Assembly (NCBI GenBank): GCA_035572335.1
Contig: DATNAW010000014.1
Coordinates: 1 to 51,427, forward strand
Origin: Rhodanobacteraceae bacterium
GTDB taxonomy: Bacteria; Pseudomonadota; Gammaproteobacteria; Xanthomonadales; Rhodanobacteraceae
DNA length: 51,427 nt
Reading direction: 5' to 3'
In this document: positions 1 through 9,306 of the stretch, piece after piece
Numbering within the stretch: the first letter of the stretch is position 1
How the letters are laid out: each line of letters begins with the position of its first letter
The notes under the pieces: model-generated
Database searches by the model: none
What the model was told of the DNA's origin: nothing
The model's input: only the letters and a program-made list of their open reading frames with translations
Made by a program: the position numbers and the translations under genes

Positions 1-369
1 AACGAGATGATGATGGTGATGCTCACCGTGGGCGCCGCCGAACTGGGCGAAGCCAAAGCCGTGGGCGACTGGATCCACCGCAACCTGGTTGGCTACCTGA
101 AGCCGCCGTTCAACGTGCGCAGCGAAACCGCCGACAACAACAATGGCTACATCCTCGCGACCTCAGCGGGTTTCGTGCAGAGCTTCATCTATGGCTTGAG
201 CGGACTGCGCATCGACGACAAGGGCCTCGATGCGAAATACGCGCCGATCCTGCCGCCGGACTGGAAAGCGGTGACGCTGAAGGGCATCACGTTCCGCGGC
301 AGGCACTATGACGTGACCATTGAACGGGGCGCCGGCGGCAAGGCCACGCTGGTCCGTAAGGAGTTGTGA
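1..369 (+). CDS. C-terminal fragment of a glycoside hydrolase family 65-like protein (5-prime end lies outside the window)
   Basis: Frame 1 is open from base 1 to TGA 367-369. The tail (LKPPFNVRSETADNNNGYILATSAGFVQSFIYGLSGLRIDD...ITFRGRHYDVTIER) is clearly paralogous to the C-terminus of the next gene (about 2340-2662). Confidence 0.6.
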   Translation, partial: NEMMMVMLTVGAAELGEAKAVGDWIHRNLVGYLKPPFNVRSETADNNNGYILATSAGFVQSFIYGLSGLRIDDKGLDAKYAPILPPDWKAVTLKGITFRGRHYDVTIERGAGGKATLVRKEL

Positions 370-370
370 G

Positions 371-2662
371 TTGCGCGGATTCGGATGCGCCACCGGAACA
401 TGGCTTGGCCTCGCGCTGGCGTGCGTCGCAACCGCGGCCGGAGCCACGGCGGATCCGGGCTTCCTGCTCACCGCGACGGCGAAGGACTTCAAGACCTATT
501 TTCCGGGCCAGCTGGCCAACGGCTATCTCTCCACCTTCACCTCGCCGCGCGGCACCGAATCCAATCTGTCGTATCTCGTCGCGCTGATGGACTACGGCAA
601 GGACGATATCGCGCGGCCCGCGGCGATTCCGGGCTGGAGCGGTATCGATTACCGCGCGGATGCGAACGGCGCGTGGCTGAACCTGGCGCCTTTGGAACCC
701 GCGGCGTTCGAGGATTACCGGCAGGTGCTGAACCTGCACGACGCGACACTGACGACACGCTATCGCTACGTCGATCGCGACAAGGCGACGCGCGTCGAAG
801 TGATGGCATTCGCCAGCGAAGCCTCGCCGCACCTCGCCGCCGTCCGCTTCACGATCACGCCGGAATTCACGGGCACGATCGAGTTGTCGTTTCCGCTGGT
901 GTTGTGGGCGCCGTACCAGCCGCGCCTGCCCCTGGCGAAACTGCCGGGCGACACCGGATTGACGGGTGACCGCTTCCGGCAGGCGCTGCAAGCGCACGGC
1001 CTTTCCTTGACGCCGTTGCCGCCGGCGACGGCCGACCGTGCGGCCATCTGGTACCACGGCGATACGCGCGTGCGGGATGCTGAAGGTGACACGTCCAACT
1101 TGACGTTGCGACTGGATGGACAGGCGACGAACGGCGCGCGCATGGGCGAGGCCGTGGCCGTGCAACTGCCCGACGGCGTTCGACCCATCGAGTCGAAACT
1201 GGACCGTACCGGCAACCGGCTGTCGCTGGACCTGCGCGTTGCCGTGCAAAAGGGCAGGACGTACGCGTTCACCAAGTATGTCGCGGTGTCGCGCGATGGC
1301 TGGGGCGGCGATGCGCGCGCCGATCTGGCGCTGGCCGAATCGGCGCGCACGCACGGTTTCGACACGATGCTCGCGGCGCAGCGCTCGGCGTGGGCGAAGC
1401 TGTGGCGGTCGGACATCCGCATCGATGGCGATCCGCACGCACAACGCGCGGTGCATTCCGACCTCTATTACCTGCTCGCCAACGCGCCGGTGGACACGGC
1501 GTGGGGCGTGGGCGCATGCGCATTGACTACCGGTTACGTTGGCCACGTTTTCTGGGACAGCGACTCCTGGATTTTCCCGGCGCTGCTGTTGCTGCATCCG
1601 CAGCGCGCGCGTTCGATCGTGATGTTCCGCGACCGCACGTTGCCGGTGGCGCAGCAGCGGGCGCGCGACGCCGGCTTCGCCGGCGCCAAATATCCGTGGG
1701 AAGCCGATCCGGACAACGGCAGCGAACAGATCCTGTATGCGGCGCACCGGCTGAGCGTCGGCGAGATCCACGTCAACGCAGACATCGCGATCGCGCAGTG
1801 GCAATACTGGCTGGCAACCCACGATCTCGACTGGTTGCGCAACGATGGCTGGCCGGTGATCCGCGACATCGCGAATTTCTGGGCCAGTCGCGCGAGCTAC
1901 GACAAGGCCAAGCGGCGCTACGAGATCCGCGACGTCGTCTCGATCATGGAACCCTATCCGCACGTCGACGACGACACCTTCACCAACGCCTCGGCGGCCA
2001 AGGCGTTGCGGATCGCCACCGCCGCGGCCAAGGCCGTCGGCGCGCAACCCAATCCGCGCTGGACGCAAATCGCCGACAAGCTCGACATCCCGTTTTCGAA
2101 TGCAGGCCGGCATCACCTCGTTTTCGATCCGGGCACGCCGCTGCACGATCCTGGCGACAACGACCTGGCCTTCCTGATGTTCCCTTCGCTGGACCTGGCG
2201 ATGGATGCCACGACGCGGCGCAACGACGACCGGATCGCGGCCGCGCCACTGGAACAGCCCGGCGCGACAGCGACCTCGATGGGGCTCGCGCCGCTCACCA
2301 TCGCCGCCGCGACAACGGGTGATACGGCGGGCGTGGCGCGCTGGCTCGCCGACAACATCAGCGGCGACATGTTGAAGCCGCCGTTCAACGTCCGCACGGA
2401 AACGCCGGACAACAACACCGGCTACTTCCTCACCGGTTCGGCGGGTTTCGTGCAGAGTCTCGTTTACGGACTCACCGGATTGCGCGTCGAGGACGCCGGC
2501 CTGGTGCAGGCTTATCCGCCGCTGCTGCCATCCGGATGGAAATCGCTGACGCTGACCAACGTGAGCTTCCGCGGCAAGCATTTCGACATCACCGTCGACC
2601 GTGACGCAAGCGGCAAGCCGCGGTTGCAACGAACGCCCGCTTCGGAGGGAGACACGCCATGA
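371..2662 (+). CDS. Secreted glycoside hydrolase family 65-like protein
   Basis: TTG at 371 follows AAGGAG (358-363) with a 7-nt spacer. The ORF-track start at 320 is also TTG and overlaps the upstream gene, so 371 is preferred. The N-terminus RGFGCATGTWLGLALACVATAAGATA is signal-peptide-like. The core HVFWDSDSWIFPALLLL...AKYPWEADPDNGSEQ...EIHVNADIAIAQWQYWLATHD matches the GH65 catalytic-domain pattern as I remember it. Confidence 0.65.
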   Translation: MRGFGCATGTWLGLALACVATAAGATADPGFLLTATAKDFKTYFPGQLANGYLSTFTSPRGTESNLSYLVALMDYGKDDIARPAAIPGWSGIDYRADANGAWLNLAPLEPAAFEDYRQVLNLHDATLTTRYRYVDRDKATRVEVMAFASEASPHLAAVRFTITPEFTGTIELSFPLVLWAPYQPRLPLAKLPGDTGLTGDRFRQALQAHGLSLTPLPPATADRAAIWYHGDTRVRDAEGDTSNLTLRLDGQATNGARMGEAVAVQLPDGVRPIESKLDRTGNRLSLDLRVAVQKGRTYAFTKYVAVSRDGWGGDARADLALAESARTHGFDTMLAAQRSAWAKLWRSDIRIDGDPHAQRAVHSDLYYLLANAPVDTAWGVGACALTTGYVGHVFWDSDSWIFPALLLLHPQRARSIVMFRDRTLPVAQQRARDAGFAGAKYPWEADPDNGSEQILYAAHRLSVGEIHVNADIAIAQWQYWLATHDLDWLRNDGWPVIRDIANFWASRASYDKAKRRYEIRDVVSIMEPYPHVDDDTFTNASAAKALRIATAAAKAVGAQPNPRWTQIADKLDIPFSNAGRHHLVFDPGTPLHDPGDNDLAFLMFPSLDLAMDATTRRNDDRIAAAPLEQPGATATSMGLAPLTIAAATTGDTAGVARWLADNISGDMLKPPFNVRTETPDNNTGYFLTGSAGFVQSLVYGLTGLRVEDAGLVQAYPPLLPSGWKSLTLTNVSFRGKHFDITVDRDASGKPRLQRTPASEGDTP

Positions 2663-3726
2663 ATCCGATCCCGTGCAATGCACGCTGGTGGCTCGTCGCA
2701 TTGGCCAGCGCACTGGTGTGGATGCCGGGAATGGCGGCGACGACGCATGTCGACGCGCAGGACACCGTGCATGCACCGGCTTTCACGGTGCCGTTTTCCA
2801 GCTACGCGTCACTTGAGGCGCGCAAGCTGTTCCAGCGCATGCTCGAACAGGGCCGGAACGCGCCTCCACTGGACGGCCCCATCGCTGCAAGCCGCGCGTA
2901 CTACGACAAGATCAATACCGCTCGCGCCAAACTGATGGAGCGGCTGTATCCGGTGACGATCGAGCAGCGCAGCATCGGCGGCGTGCCGACGCAGGTGGTC
3001 ACGCCGAAGCAGGGCGTCACAGCGGCGGAGCAACATCGCGTGCTGATCAACCTGCACGGCGGCGCATTCCTGTGGGGAGCCGGCGCCGGGGGACTGGTCG
3101 AAGCGATCCCGGTCGCGAGCGTCGGCCGCATCGAAGTCGTCACCGTGGATTACCGGCAAGGTCCCGAGCACGTCTTTCCCGCCGCCAGCGAAGACGTCGC
3201 CGCGGTGTATCGCGTGCTGCTCAAGCAGTACCCGGCGAAGAACATCGGCATCTACGGTTGTTCGGCGGGCGGCGTGCTGACCGGCGAAGCGGTGGCGTGG
3301 TTCATCCACGAACATTTGCCGGTGCCGGGCGCGATCGGGATGTATTGCGGGGCGGTGGCCGAATTGAGTGGCGATTCGGCGTGGGTCGCGCCCGTGCTCG
3401 ATGGCAGCGCGCCGACGTCGCCGCTGAAGCTCGCCGACTTGCCGTACTTCAAGGGCGCGCGAGCCAGCGACCCGCTGGTGTTTCCCGCGGACTCGCCGGA
3501 ACTGCTGAAGCAGTTCCCACCCACGCTGCTGATCACCGGCACCCGCGACTTCACGATGAGTTCGGAAATCCAGAGCCAGCGGCTGCTGACGATCGCCGGC
3601 GTCGATGCGGAGCTGCACATCTGGGATGGCATGTGGCATTCGTTCTTTTCCGATCCGGAAATGCCGGAATCGAAGGAAGCCTACGCGGTGATGGCGCATT
3701 TCTTCGACCGTCACCTGGGACACTGA
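2659..3726 (+). CDS. Alpha/beta hydrolase fold-3 esterase/lipase (hormone-sensitive-lipase-like), secreted
   Basis: ATG 2659 overlaps the upstream stop (ATGA) and follows GGAGGGAG. Motifs: HGGAF oxyanion motif (NLHGGAFLWG), GCSAGG nucleophile elbow, later TGTRDF and WHSFF as candidate Asp/His. Hydrophobic N-terminal signal. Confidence 0.8.
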   Translation: MNPIPCNARWWLVALASALVWMPGMAATTHVDAQDTVHAPAFTVPFSSYASLEARKLFQRMLEQGRNAPPLDGPIAASRAYYDKINTARAKLMERLYPVTIEQRSIGGVPTQVVTPKQGVTAAEQHRVLINLHGGAFLWGAGAGGLVEAIPVASVGRIEVVTVDYRQGPEHVFPAASEDVAAVYRVLLKQYPAKNIGIYGCSAGGVLTGEAVAWFIHEHLPVPGAIGMYCGAVAELSGDSAWVAPVLDGSAPTSPLKLADLPYFKGARASDPLVFPADSPELLKQFPPTLLITGTRDFTMSSEIQSQRLLTIAGVDAELHIWDGMWHSFFSDPEMPESKEAYAVMAHFFDRHLGH

Positions 3727-3739
3727 CGATAATCGCGCC

Positions 3740-5557
3740 GTGGCCGCGAATCCCCTCCACGAAGCGATGCAGCGCGTCAATGGCCTGCTCAAGGCCGGCG
3801 AGCTTCGCGCGGCGCGCGATGCACTTCGGGAAATCGTCGAAGCGCATCCCGGTTACGCCGAGGCGCAACGGCTGCTCGGCGGCGTGACGCTGATGCTCGG
3901 CGATGCGGCCGATGCGGAACGGATCCTGCGGCGCGCCATCGAGCGCGATCCGGATTGGGCGCCCACGCTCACCACGCTCGGCGAATTGCTGCTGGGCAGC
4001 GGACGGCATATCGAAGCGGAAACCTTCCTGCAGCGCGCCGCCACTGCGAAACAGCCCGATCCGCACGCCGCGCAGGTGCTGGCGCGTTACTACAACGATC
4101 GAAAGCAGCCAGCGCGGGCGCTCGCGATCACCGCGCCGTTCTGCGCGCGCGACAGCGTGCCCTCCGAACTGATCGTCCAGCAGGTCACCGCGCTGGTCGC
4201 GCTGGGCCGCAGCGGAGACGCCATCGAATGGTGCCGGAAACTCGTGGCGCGATCGCCGGGCAACGTCGCCACCGAACAGGCACTGGCCACCGCGCTGCAG
4301 GCCGGCAACCATCATGACGAAGCGGAAAGCGTCGCCCGGCGTGCGTTGGAGCGCGGCCCCCGCAACGCGACGTTGTGCTACACGCACGCGCGCAGCTTGA
4401 TCGCGTTGGGCGAATACGCACGCGCCGAAACGGCGTTGCGTGATTGCCTGCGGCTGGAACCGCAACACGTCGATGCGCATGGTGATCTCGCGCGACTGAT
4501 ATGGATGCGCAGTGGTGATGGCGGCAAGGCCACGGCGATGCTCGACGCGGCATTGCAGACCTTCCCCAACAACGATGCGCTGTGGGCCGCCAAAGCAGCG
4601 GTGCTGCAAGGCACGGGCGACGCGCGCGCGGCCTGGGCCTGCCTCGCGCCGCGCGTCGAGCGTCCGCAAGCGCCGCCAGCGCTGCAGGTGCGCGCCGGAC
4701 TCGCCGCGCTGGAGTTCGATCCGCGCATGGCGCTCGATCGCGCCGAGTGCGCATTGCGCGTAATGCCCAATGATCCCGCGGCACGCACGCTTCAGGCCGC
4801 CGCGATGCTGGGCGTCGGCGATGCGCAAGCTGCATTGCGGACGTGCGAGGTGCTGCGGCGTGAATCACCCGACGATCAATACCTGCTCGCGTTGCAGACG
4901 ACCGCGTGGCGCATGCTCGGTGACGAACGTTACGCGCAGCTTTGCGATTATCCGAACCTGGTGGTGGCGTACCGGCTCGAACCGCCGCCGCCATGGACGA
5001 ACCTCATCGATTTTCTCGGCGAACTGCAACGCGCGCTCGGCCGCTTGCACGACGCGTTCAGGCATCCGCTGCTGTTCCAGTCGCTGCGCCACGGCACCGA
5101 AACCACCAACGACCTGACGCGCAGCAACGATCCCGCGATTCGCGCGCTGTTTCATGCTTTCGACGCGCCGGTCCGCGATTACATCGCGCGGATGGGCGCG
5201 GGCACTGATCCGCTGCGTCGCCGCAACCGCGATACGTACAAATTCAACGGCAGCTGGTCGGTCAGGCTGCGCAACGATGGCTTCCATCACAACCACGTGC
5301 ATCCGCGCGGCTGGATTTCATCGGCGTGCTACATCGCGTTGCCGGAAAGCATGGGCGATCCTGCCAGCCACGAAGGCGTGCTGACGTTCGGCGAGCCCGG
5401 CATTCTCACCGCGCCTGCCTTGCCGGCGCAGCATGAAGTGCGCCCAGAAGCGGGCATGCTGGTGTTGTTCCCGTCGTACTTCTGGCACGGCACCGTGCGG
5501 ATTTCAGGTACGCAGACGCGGTTGACCGTCGCGTTCGATGCGGTGCCCGATCGCTAG
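3740..5557 (+). CDS. TPR-repeat protein with C-terminal TIGR02466/PF13759-like putative 2OG-Fe(II) oxygenase domain
   Basis: GTG start at 3740; an in-frame ATG at 3767 is the alternative. The N-terminal 400 aa are Ala/Leu-rich TPR-like repeats (...AEAQRLLGGVTLMLGDAADAERILRRAIERDPDW...). The C-terminus has GFHHNHVHPRGWISSACYIALPE and EAGMLVLFPSYFWHGT, the same pattern as the standalone downstream gene. Confidence 0.7.
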   Translation: MAANPLHEAMQRVNGLLKAGELRAARDALREIVEAHPGYAEAQRLLGGVTLMLGDAADAERILRRAIERDPDWAPTLTTLGELLLGSGRHIEAETFLQRAATAKQPDPHAAQVLARYYNDRKQPARALAITAPFCARDSVPSELIVQQVTALVALGRSGDAIEWCRKLVARSPGNVATEQALATALQAGNHHDEAESVARRALERGPRNATLCYTHARSLIALGEYARAETALRDCLRLEPQHVDAHGDLARLIWMRSGDGGKATAMLDAALQTFPNNDALWAAKAAVLQGTGDARAAWACLAPRVERPQAPPALQVRAGLAALEFDPRMALDRAECALRVMPNDPAARTLQAAAMLGVGDAQAALRTCEVLRRESPDDQYLLALQTTAWRMLGDERYAQLCDYPNLVVAYRLEPPPPWTNLIDFLGELQRALGRLHDAFRHPLLFQSLRHGTETTNDLTRSNDPAIRALFHAFDAPVRDYIARMGAGTDPLRRRNRDTYKFNGSWSVRLRNDGFHHNHVHPRGWISSACYIALPESMGDPASHEGVLTFGEPGILTAPALPAQHEVRPEAGMLVLFPSYFWHGTVRISGTQTRLTVAFDAVPDR

Positions 5558-6199
5558 TCAAGCCGCCGGCAGCGCATTGAACGCGATCACGATGCGCGGT
5601 TCGTCGTTGTCGTGCGGTTCCACGTAATGTTCCATCCAGCACGGGAACAGCACCAGCAGTCCCGCTTCCGGCGTCAATTGGATGTCGCTGTAGCCGTTCG
5701 GCACCGCGCCCTTGACGTAGCCGTGTACCACGCCGGGGCGCGGATCGCGGAACACGAACCGACCCGAGCCGGGCGGCACCTTCAGGTAAAACGATCCCGA
5801 CAGCAGGCAGCCTTCGTGCACGTGCAGGAAATTGAAACCGCCGCGGTCGTGCAGGTTCACCCACGATTGCAGGTCGAACGGAATGCCGGCGACGCCCATG
5901 TCGCGCAATGCGTTGGCGCACGCCGCGCGCACGCTGTCGCGCAGGGCCGCGAATACCGGCCGTTCGAGCACCGCCATGTCCTCGCTGTTCCAGCCTTGGC
6001 GGTTGGTGCGCCCCGCCGGTTTCGGGCTGGCCGCGCGCATGCGCACGACCTCCGCGATCCATTCGTCCAAATAGCCGCGCAACGACGGCAGGCGCGCCTG
6101 CCAGATGCGCGTCGGGAAAAGATCGTAGGCTTGCAGCACGGGCGTCGCGACGGGAGCCCCGGACGGATGCACGATCGTTTTGTCGCTGCTGGTTGCCAC
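5558..6199 (-). CDS. TIGR02466-family putative 2OG-Fe(II) oxygenase
   Basis: GTG start at 6199 with GGAG 5 nt upstream on the minus strand. Motifs GFNFLHVHEGCLLSGSFYLKVPP and EAGLLVLFPCWMEHYVEPH. Its stop directly abuts the stop of the convergent gene (5557|5558). Confidence 0.7.
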   Translation of the reverse strand: MATSSDKTIVHPSGAPVATPVLQAYDLFPTRIWQARLPSLRGYLDEWIAEVVRMRAASPKPAGRTNRQGWNSEDMAVLERPVFAALRDSVRAACANALRDMGVAGIPFDLQSWVNLHDRGGFNFLHVHEGCLLSGSFYLKVPPGSGRFVFRDPRPGVVHGYVKGAVPNGYSDIQLTPEAGLLVLFPCWMEHYVEPHDNDEPRIVIAFNALPAA

Positions 6200-6253
6200 G
6201 CTGTCTCCCGCGTTACACCATGATCAACGAGTCGGCCGCGTGCGGAGGAAGCA

Positions 6254-6946
6254 ATGTCGAGACCACATCCGTGGCGTGCGTGGATCGGCGTCCTGCTGCT
6301 GGTCATCGGCCGGGCCGCGTGGGGGCTTCCGCCGCTGCCCCAAGCCTGGCAGCCCGAGATCGAGCAGCTCGTCGCGAATGATAGCGCGCACCCGCCACCG
6401 CAACGCGGCGTGTTGTTCGTCGGCAGCTCGTCGATCCGGATGTGGACAAGGCTGGCCAGCGATTTCCCGGGCGTGCCGGTGATCAACCGCGGCTTCGGCG
6501 GCTCGGCGATCGCCGACAGCACCTATTACGCGGATCGCATCATCGTTCCCTATCACCCGAGACTGATCGTGATGTACGCCGGCGACAACGACATCGCCGA
6601 AGGCAATACGCCGGCGCAGGTGTTGGTCGAGTTCAAGGCGTTCGCCGGGCGCGTTCGCCGCGCCTTGCCGGCTACCGCGATCGTCTACATCTCGATCAAG
6701 CCGAGCCTCGCACGTGCGGCGTTGTGGCCGCAAATGCGCAAGGCCAACCGCCTGATCGCCGGCTGGTCGCGCCAACAAAACGGCATCACCTTCGTGGATG
6801 TCGCGGCGCGGATGCTGGACGCGAACGGCCAGCCGCGCGCGGAATTGTTCCGCGCCGACGGATTGCACATGGACGCGGCCGGTTACGCGATCTGGGTGCA
6901 GGCGCTTAAGCCGGTGCTTGCCCGGCACGGATTCGCGGTGCACTGA
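6254..6946 (+). CDS. SGNH/GDSL-family hydrolase, secreted
   Basis: ATG 6254 follows GGAGG (6244-6248). The four SGNH blocks are visible: FVGSSSIRMW, GFGGSAI, YAGDNDI, ADGLHMD. N-terminal signal WRAWIGVLLLVIGRAAWG. Confidence 0.75.
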   Translation: MSRPHPWRAWIGVLLLVIGRAAWGLPPLPQAWQPEIEQLVANDSAHPPPQRGVLFVGSSSIRMWTRLASDFPGVPVINRGFGGSAIADSTYYADRIIVPYHPRLIVMYAGDNDIAEGNTPAQVLVEFKAFAGRVRRALPATAIVYISIKPSLARAALWPQMRKANRLIAGWSRQQNGITFVDVAARMLDANGQPRAELFRADGLHMDAAGYAIWVQALKPVLARHGFAVH

Positions 6947-6999
6947 TCGGACGGATCGTGTGTCGCAAGCGCCGAGACGCCACGGCGTATGCTGATCGA

Positions 7000-8085
7000 A
7001 TGTCAGCGATCCCTCCTGCGCGCATCAAGGGCCGCGGCGCCGCTTCCAATCCGGAAGGGCGTTTCGAACACGTGCGCCACCAGGCCGAGGACGACGGCTG
7101 GCAGAGCGCGCTGCTGGATGAAGCCGCGCCGCGTCCGCGCACCGAAGTCACGGAAGAACGCGCGCGCAGCGTGATCACCCGCAACGATTCACCCGACATC
7201 GCCTTCGAGCAGGCGATGAATCCGTACCGAGGCTGCGAGCACGGATGCATCTATTGCTTCGCGCGGCCCTCGCACAGCTATCTCAATCTTTCGCCGGGGC
7301 TGGATTTCGAAACCAAGTTGCGCGCGAAGACGAACCTTGCCGACGTGCTGCGCGCGGAGTTGTCGAAACCCGGCTACGTGGTGAAGCCCATCAACATCGG
7401 CAGCAACACCGATCCGTACCAGCCCGTCGAAAAGAAGTGGCGATTGACGCGTGCCGCGCTGGAAGTGCTGGCCGAATGCCGGCACCCCTGCACGATCGTC
7501 ACCAAGAATGCGCTGGTCGAACGCGACCTCGACATCCTCGGCGCCATGGCGCGCGAAAAGCTGGTGCAGGTGTTCGTGTCGGTCAACTCGCTCGACAACC
7601 GGCTGGCATCGAAACTGGAACCGCGCGCGTCCGCGCCGCACCGGCGCCTGCAGGCAGTGCAGGCGCTCGCGCAAGCGGGCGTGCCGACCGGCGTGCTGGT
7701 GGCGCCGGTCATTCCCGCGTTGAACGATCGCGACATGGAAGCGGTGCTGGAGCGCGCCGCCGAGGCCGGCGCGAACATGGCCGGCTACACCGTGGTGCGC
7801 TTGCCGTGGGAATTGAAAACGCTGTTCCGCGAATGGCTGGCGATCCACGTCCCGCAACGCGCCGAACACGTGATGAGCCTGGTCCAGCAAATGAATGGCG
7901 GGCGCGATTACGATTCCGATTTCCGCACGCGCATGCGCGGACAGGGCCCGTTCTCGGATTTGCTGCGCCGGCGTTTCGAGGTCGCCTGCCGCAAACACGG
8001 CTTCCATCGCGCGCGCAACCTGCAACTGGATTGCACGCGCTTCACGCCGCCGTGCAAACCCTCGCCGCAGGGCGAATTGTTCTGA
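7000..8085 (+). CDS. PA0069-family radical SAM protein (SplB/COG1533-like)
   Basis: CxxxCxxC cluster in NPYRGCEHGCIYCFARPSH. The N-terminus MSAIPPARIKGRGAASNPEGRFE is typical of this family. Internal ATG 7000 is preferred over the GTG at 6958 in the ORF track. Confidence 0.8.
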   Translation: MSAIPPARIKGRGAASNPEGRFEHVRHQAEDDGWQSALLDEAAPRPRTEVTEERARSVITRNDSPDIAFEQAMNPYRGCEHGCIYCFARPSHSYLNLSPGLDFETKLRAKTNLADVLRAELSKPGYVVKPINIGSNTDPYQPVEKKWRLTRAALEVLAECRHPCTIVTKNALVERDLDILGAMAREKLVQVFVSVNSLDNRLASKLEPRASAPHRRLQAVQALAQAGVPTGVLVAPVIPALNDRDMEAVLERAAEAGANMAGYTVVRLPWELKTLFREWLAIHVPQRAEHVMSLVQQMNGGRDYDSDFRTRMRGQGPFSDLLRRRFEVACRKHGFHRARNLQLDCTRFTPPCKPSPQGELF

Positions 8086-8255
8086 CCCAAGTGGACAGCC
8101 GCAGCCGCAATCTGCCGGCCTGATAAGATCAATGCGGCCGCGCATTCGGCATCTGACGGGGTCGTGCGGTTGGGGTGTGAAGGAATTCCACCATTTCCGC
8201 ACGTCGATCGTCCAATCCGAAAGCGCGAAACGTTGTCCAGTACGACGGCATCCGT

Positions 8256-9290
8256 ATGCTGGAGAGCTCGAAGATCGCGGCGCCCCTGCGCTGGCGGCCC
8301 ATGCAGCCGACGGATGTCGATGAGTGCGTGGCCATTGTCGCCGCCCATCCCGTGATCGGCCCGCGCTACGGCGCGGACATCGAGAAGCTGGGCCGCGCCT
8401 GGCGCCAGCTTCTGGGCTCGGCTTCCACTACCCGCGCCGTTGTCGAACGGCTGGACCGGAAACGCGCACGGATCGTGGGCATCGGCTTCGACGTCTTCGT
8501 TCGCGACGAATTCATCCGCGAGATCAAGACGCCTCCGCTCTTCTGGATTGGTCCGGAGCTCGCGCGACGAGTCGCGGGAAGAGACTCTCCCGTGCTCACC
8601 GATGACGAGGTGCGCGACGCGAATTCAGGTGCGGGGCTCAATGTGCTGGTGTGGGAAGGCATCGGAGCGCCGGAGTTCGAGCAGACAATGGATTTTATCC
8701 ATCTCATGGTGGGTGGCTACGTCGAGACACATCGAGGTTTCTTGTTGAAAGAAATGATCTCTGCCCAGGCGGAGAGCGTCGAGCAGTTGCTATGGGCCGT
8801 CGAAGCGGGAGGACTTTACTGGAATCCGGCGAACCAGAATTACGAGAAGGCGCCGCCCGAGCCGGCCGAAGTCTTGGCGGCACGGCCGCACCTTGTCGGC
8901 ATCACACGCGAGCTGGAACTCGCGCGGCGCGGCGCATGGGTGAACACGCTGTTCGACTATCGCCCGCCACGGTTCGGGTTCAGCCGTGGCGAACAGCAAC
9001 TTCTGCAAGCGGCGCTCACGAGTTCCTGCGGAACGGACCAGGAACTGGCCGCCGCCCTCCAGCTCTCGGTTCCGACGGTCAAGAAGATGTGGGGCTCGAT
9101 CTACCGGCGCGTCGCCGATTGCGATCCCGACCTGATCCCCGATTCGACACTGGCCGAATCGGGGACGCACGAGCGGGGACGCGAAAAACGGCGCAGCCTG
9201 CTCGCGTATGTCCGCGAACATCCCGAGGAACTGCGCCTGCATTCGCGCAAGCTCCTGAGGCAGAACCTGCATCAAATGACTGCCGGGTAA
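8256..9290 (+). CDS. Hypothetical regulator: unknown N-terminal domain fused to a C-terminal LuxR/GerE-type HTH
   Basis: The C-terminal segment GEQQLLQAALTSSCGTDQELAAALQLSVPTVKKMWGSIYRRV looks like a GerE-type HTH. I do not recognise the roughly 230-aa N-terminal part. Codon usage is visibly richer in A/T-ending and rare codons (AGA, CTA, TTG, ACA, TCT, AGT) than in neighbouring genes. ATG 8301 is an alternative start. Confidence 0.5.
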   Translation: MLESSKIAAPLRWRPMQPTDVDECVAIVAAHPVIGPRYGADIEKLGRAWRQLLGSASTTRAVVERLDRKRARIVGIGFDVFVRDEFIREIKTPPLFWIGPELARRVAGRDSPVLTDDEVRDANSGAGLNVLVWEGIGAPEFEQTMDFIHLMVGGYVETHRGFLLKEMISAQAESVEQLLWAVEAGGLYWNPANQNYEKAPPEPAEVLAARPHLVGITRELELARRGAWVNTLFDYRPPRFGFSRGEQQLLQAALTSSCGTDQELAAALQLSVPTVKKMWGSIYRRVADCDPDLIPDSTLAESGTHERGREKRRSLLAYVREHPEELRLHSRKLLRQNLHQMTAG

Positions 9291-9306
9291 TCACGTCGCC
9301 TGCTCG

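Noticed and set aside
287-2776. 829-aa minus-strand ORF covering the whole GH65-like gene
   Set aside because: Arg/Ala/Gly-rich low-complexity translation with no recognisable motif. The plus strand carries GH65-like motifs, a signal peptide and an RBS. This is a typical antisense shadow ORF of high-GC DNA.
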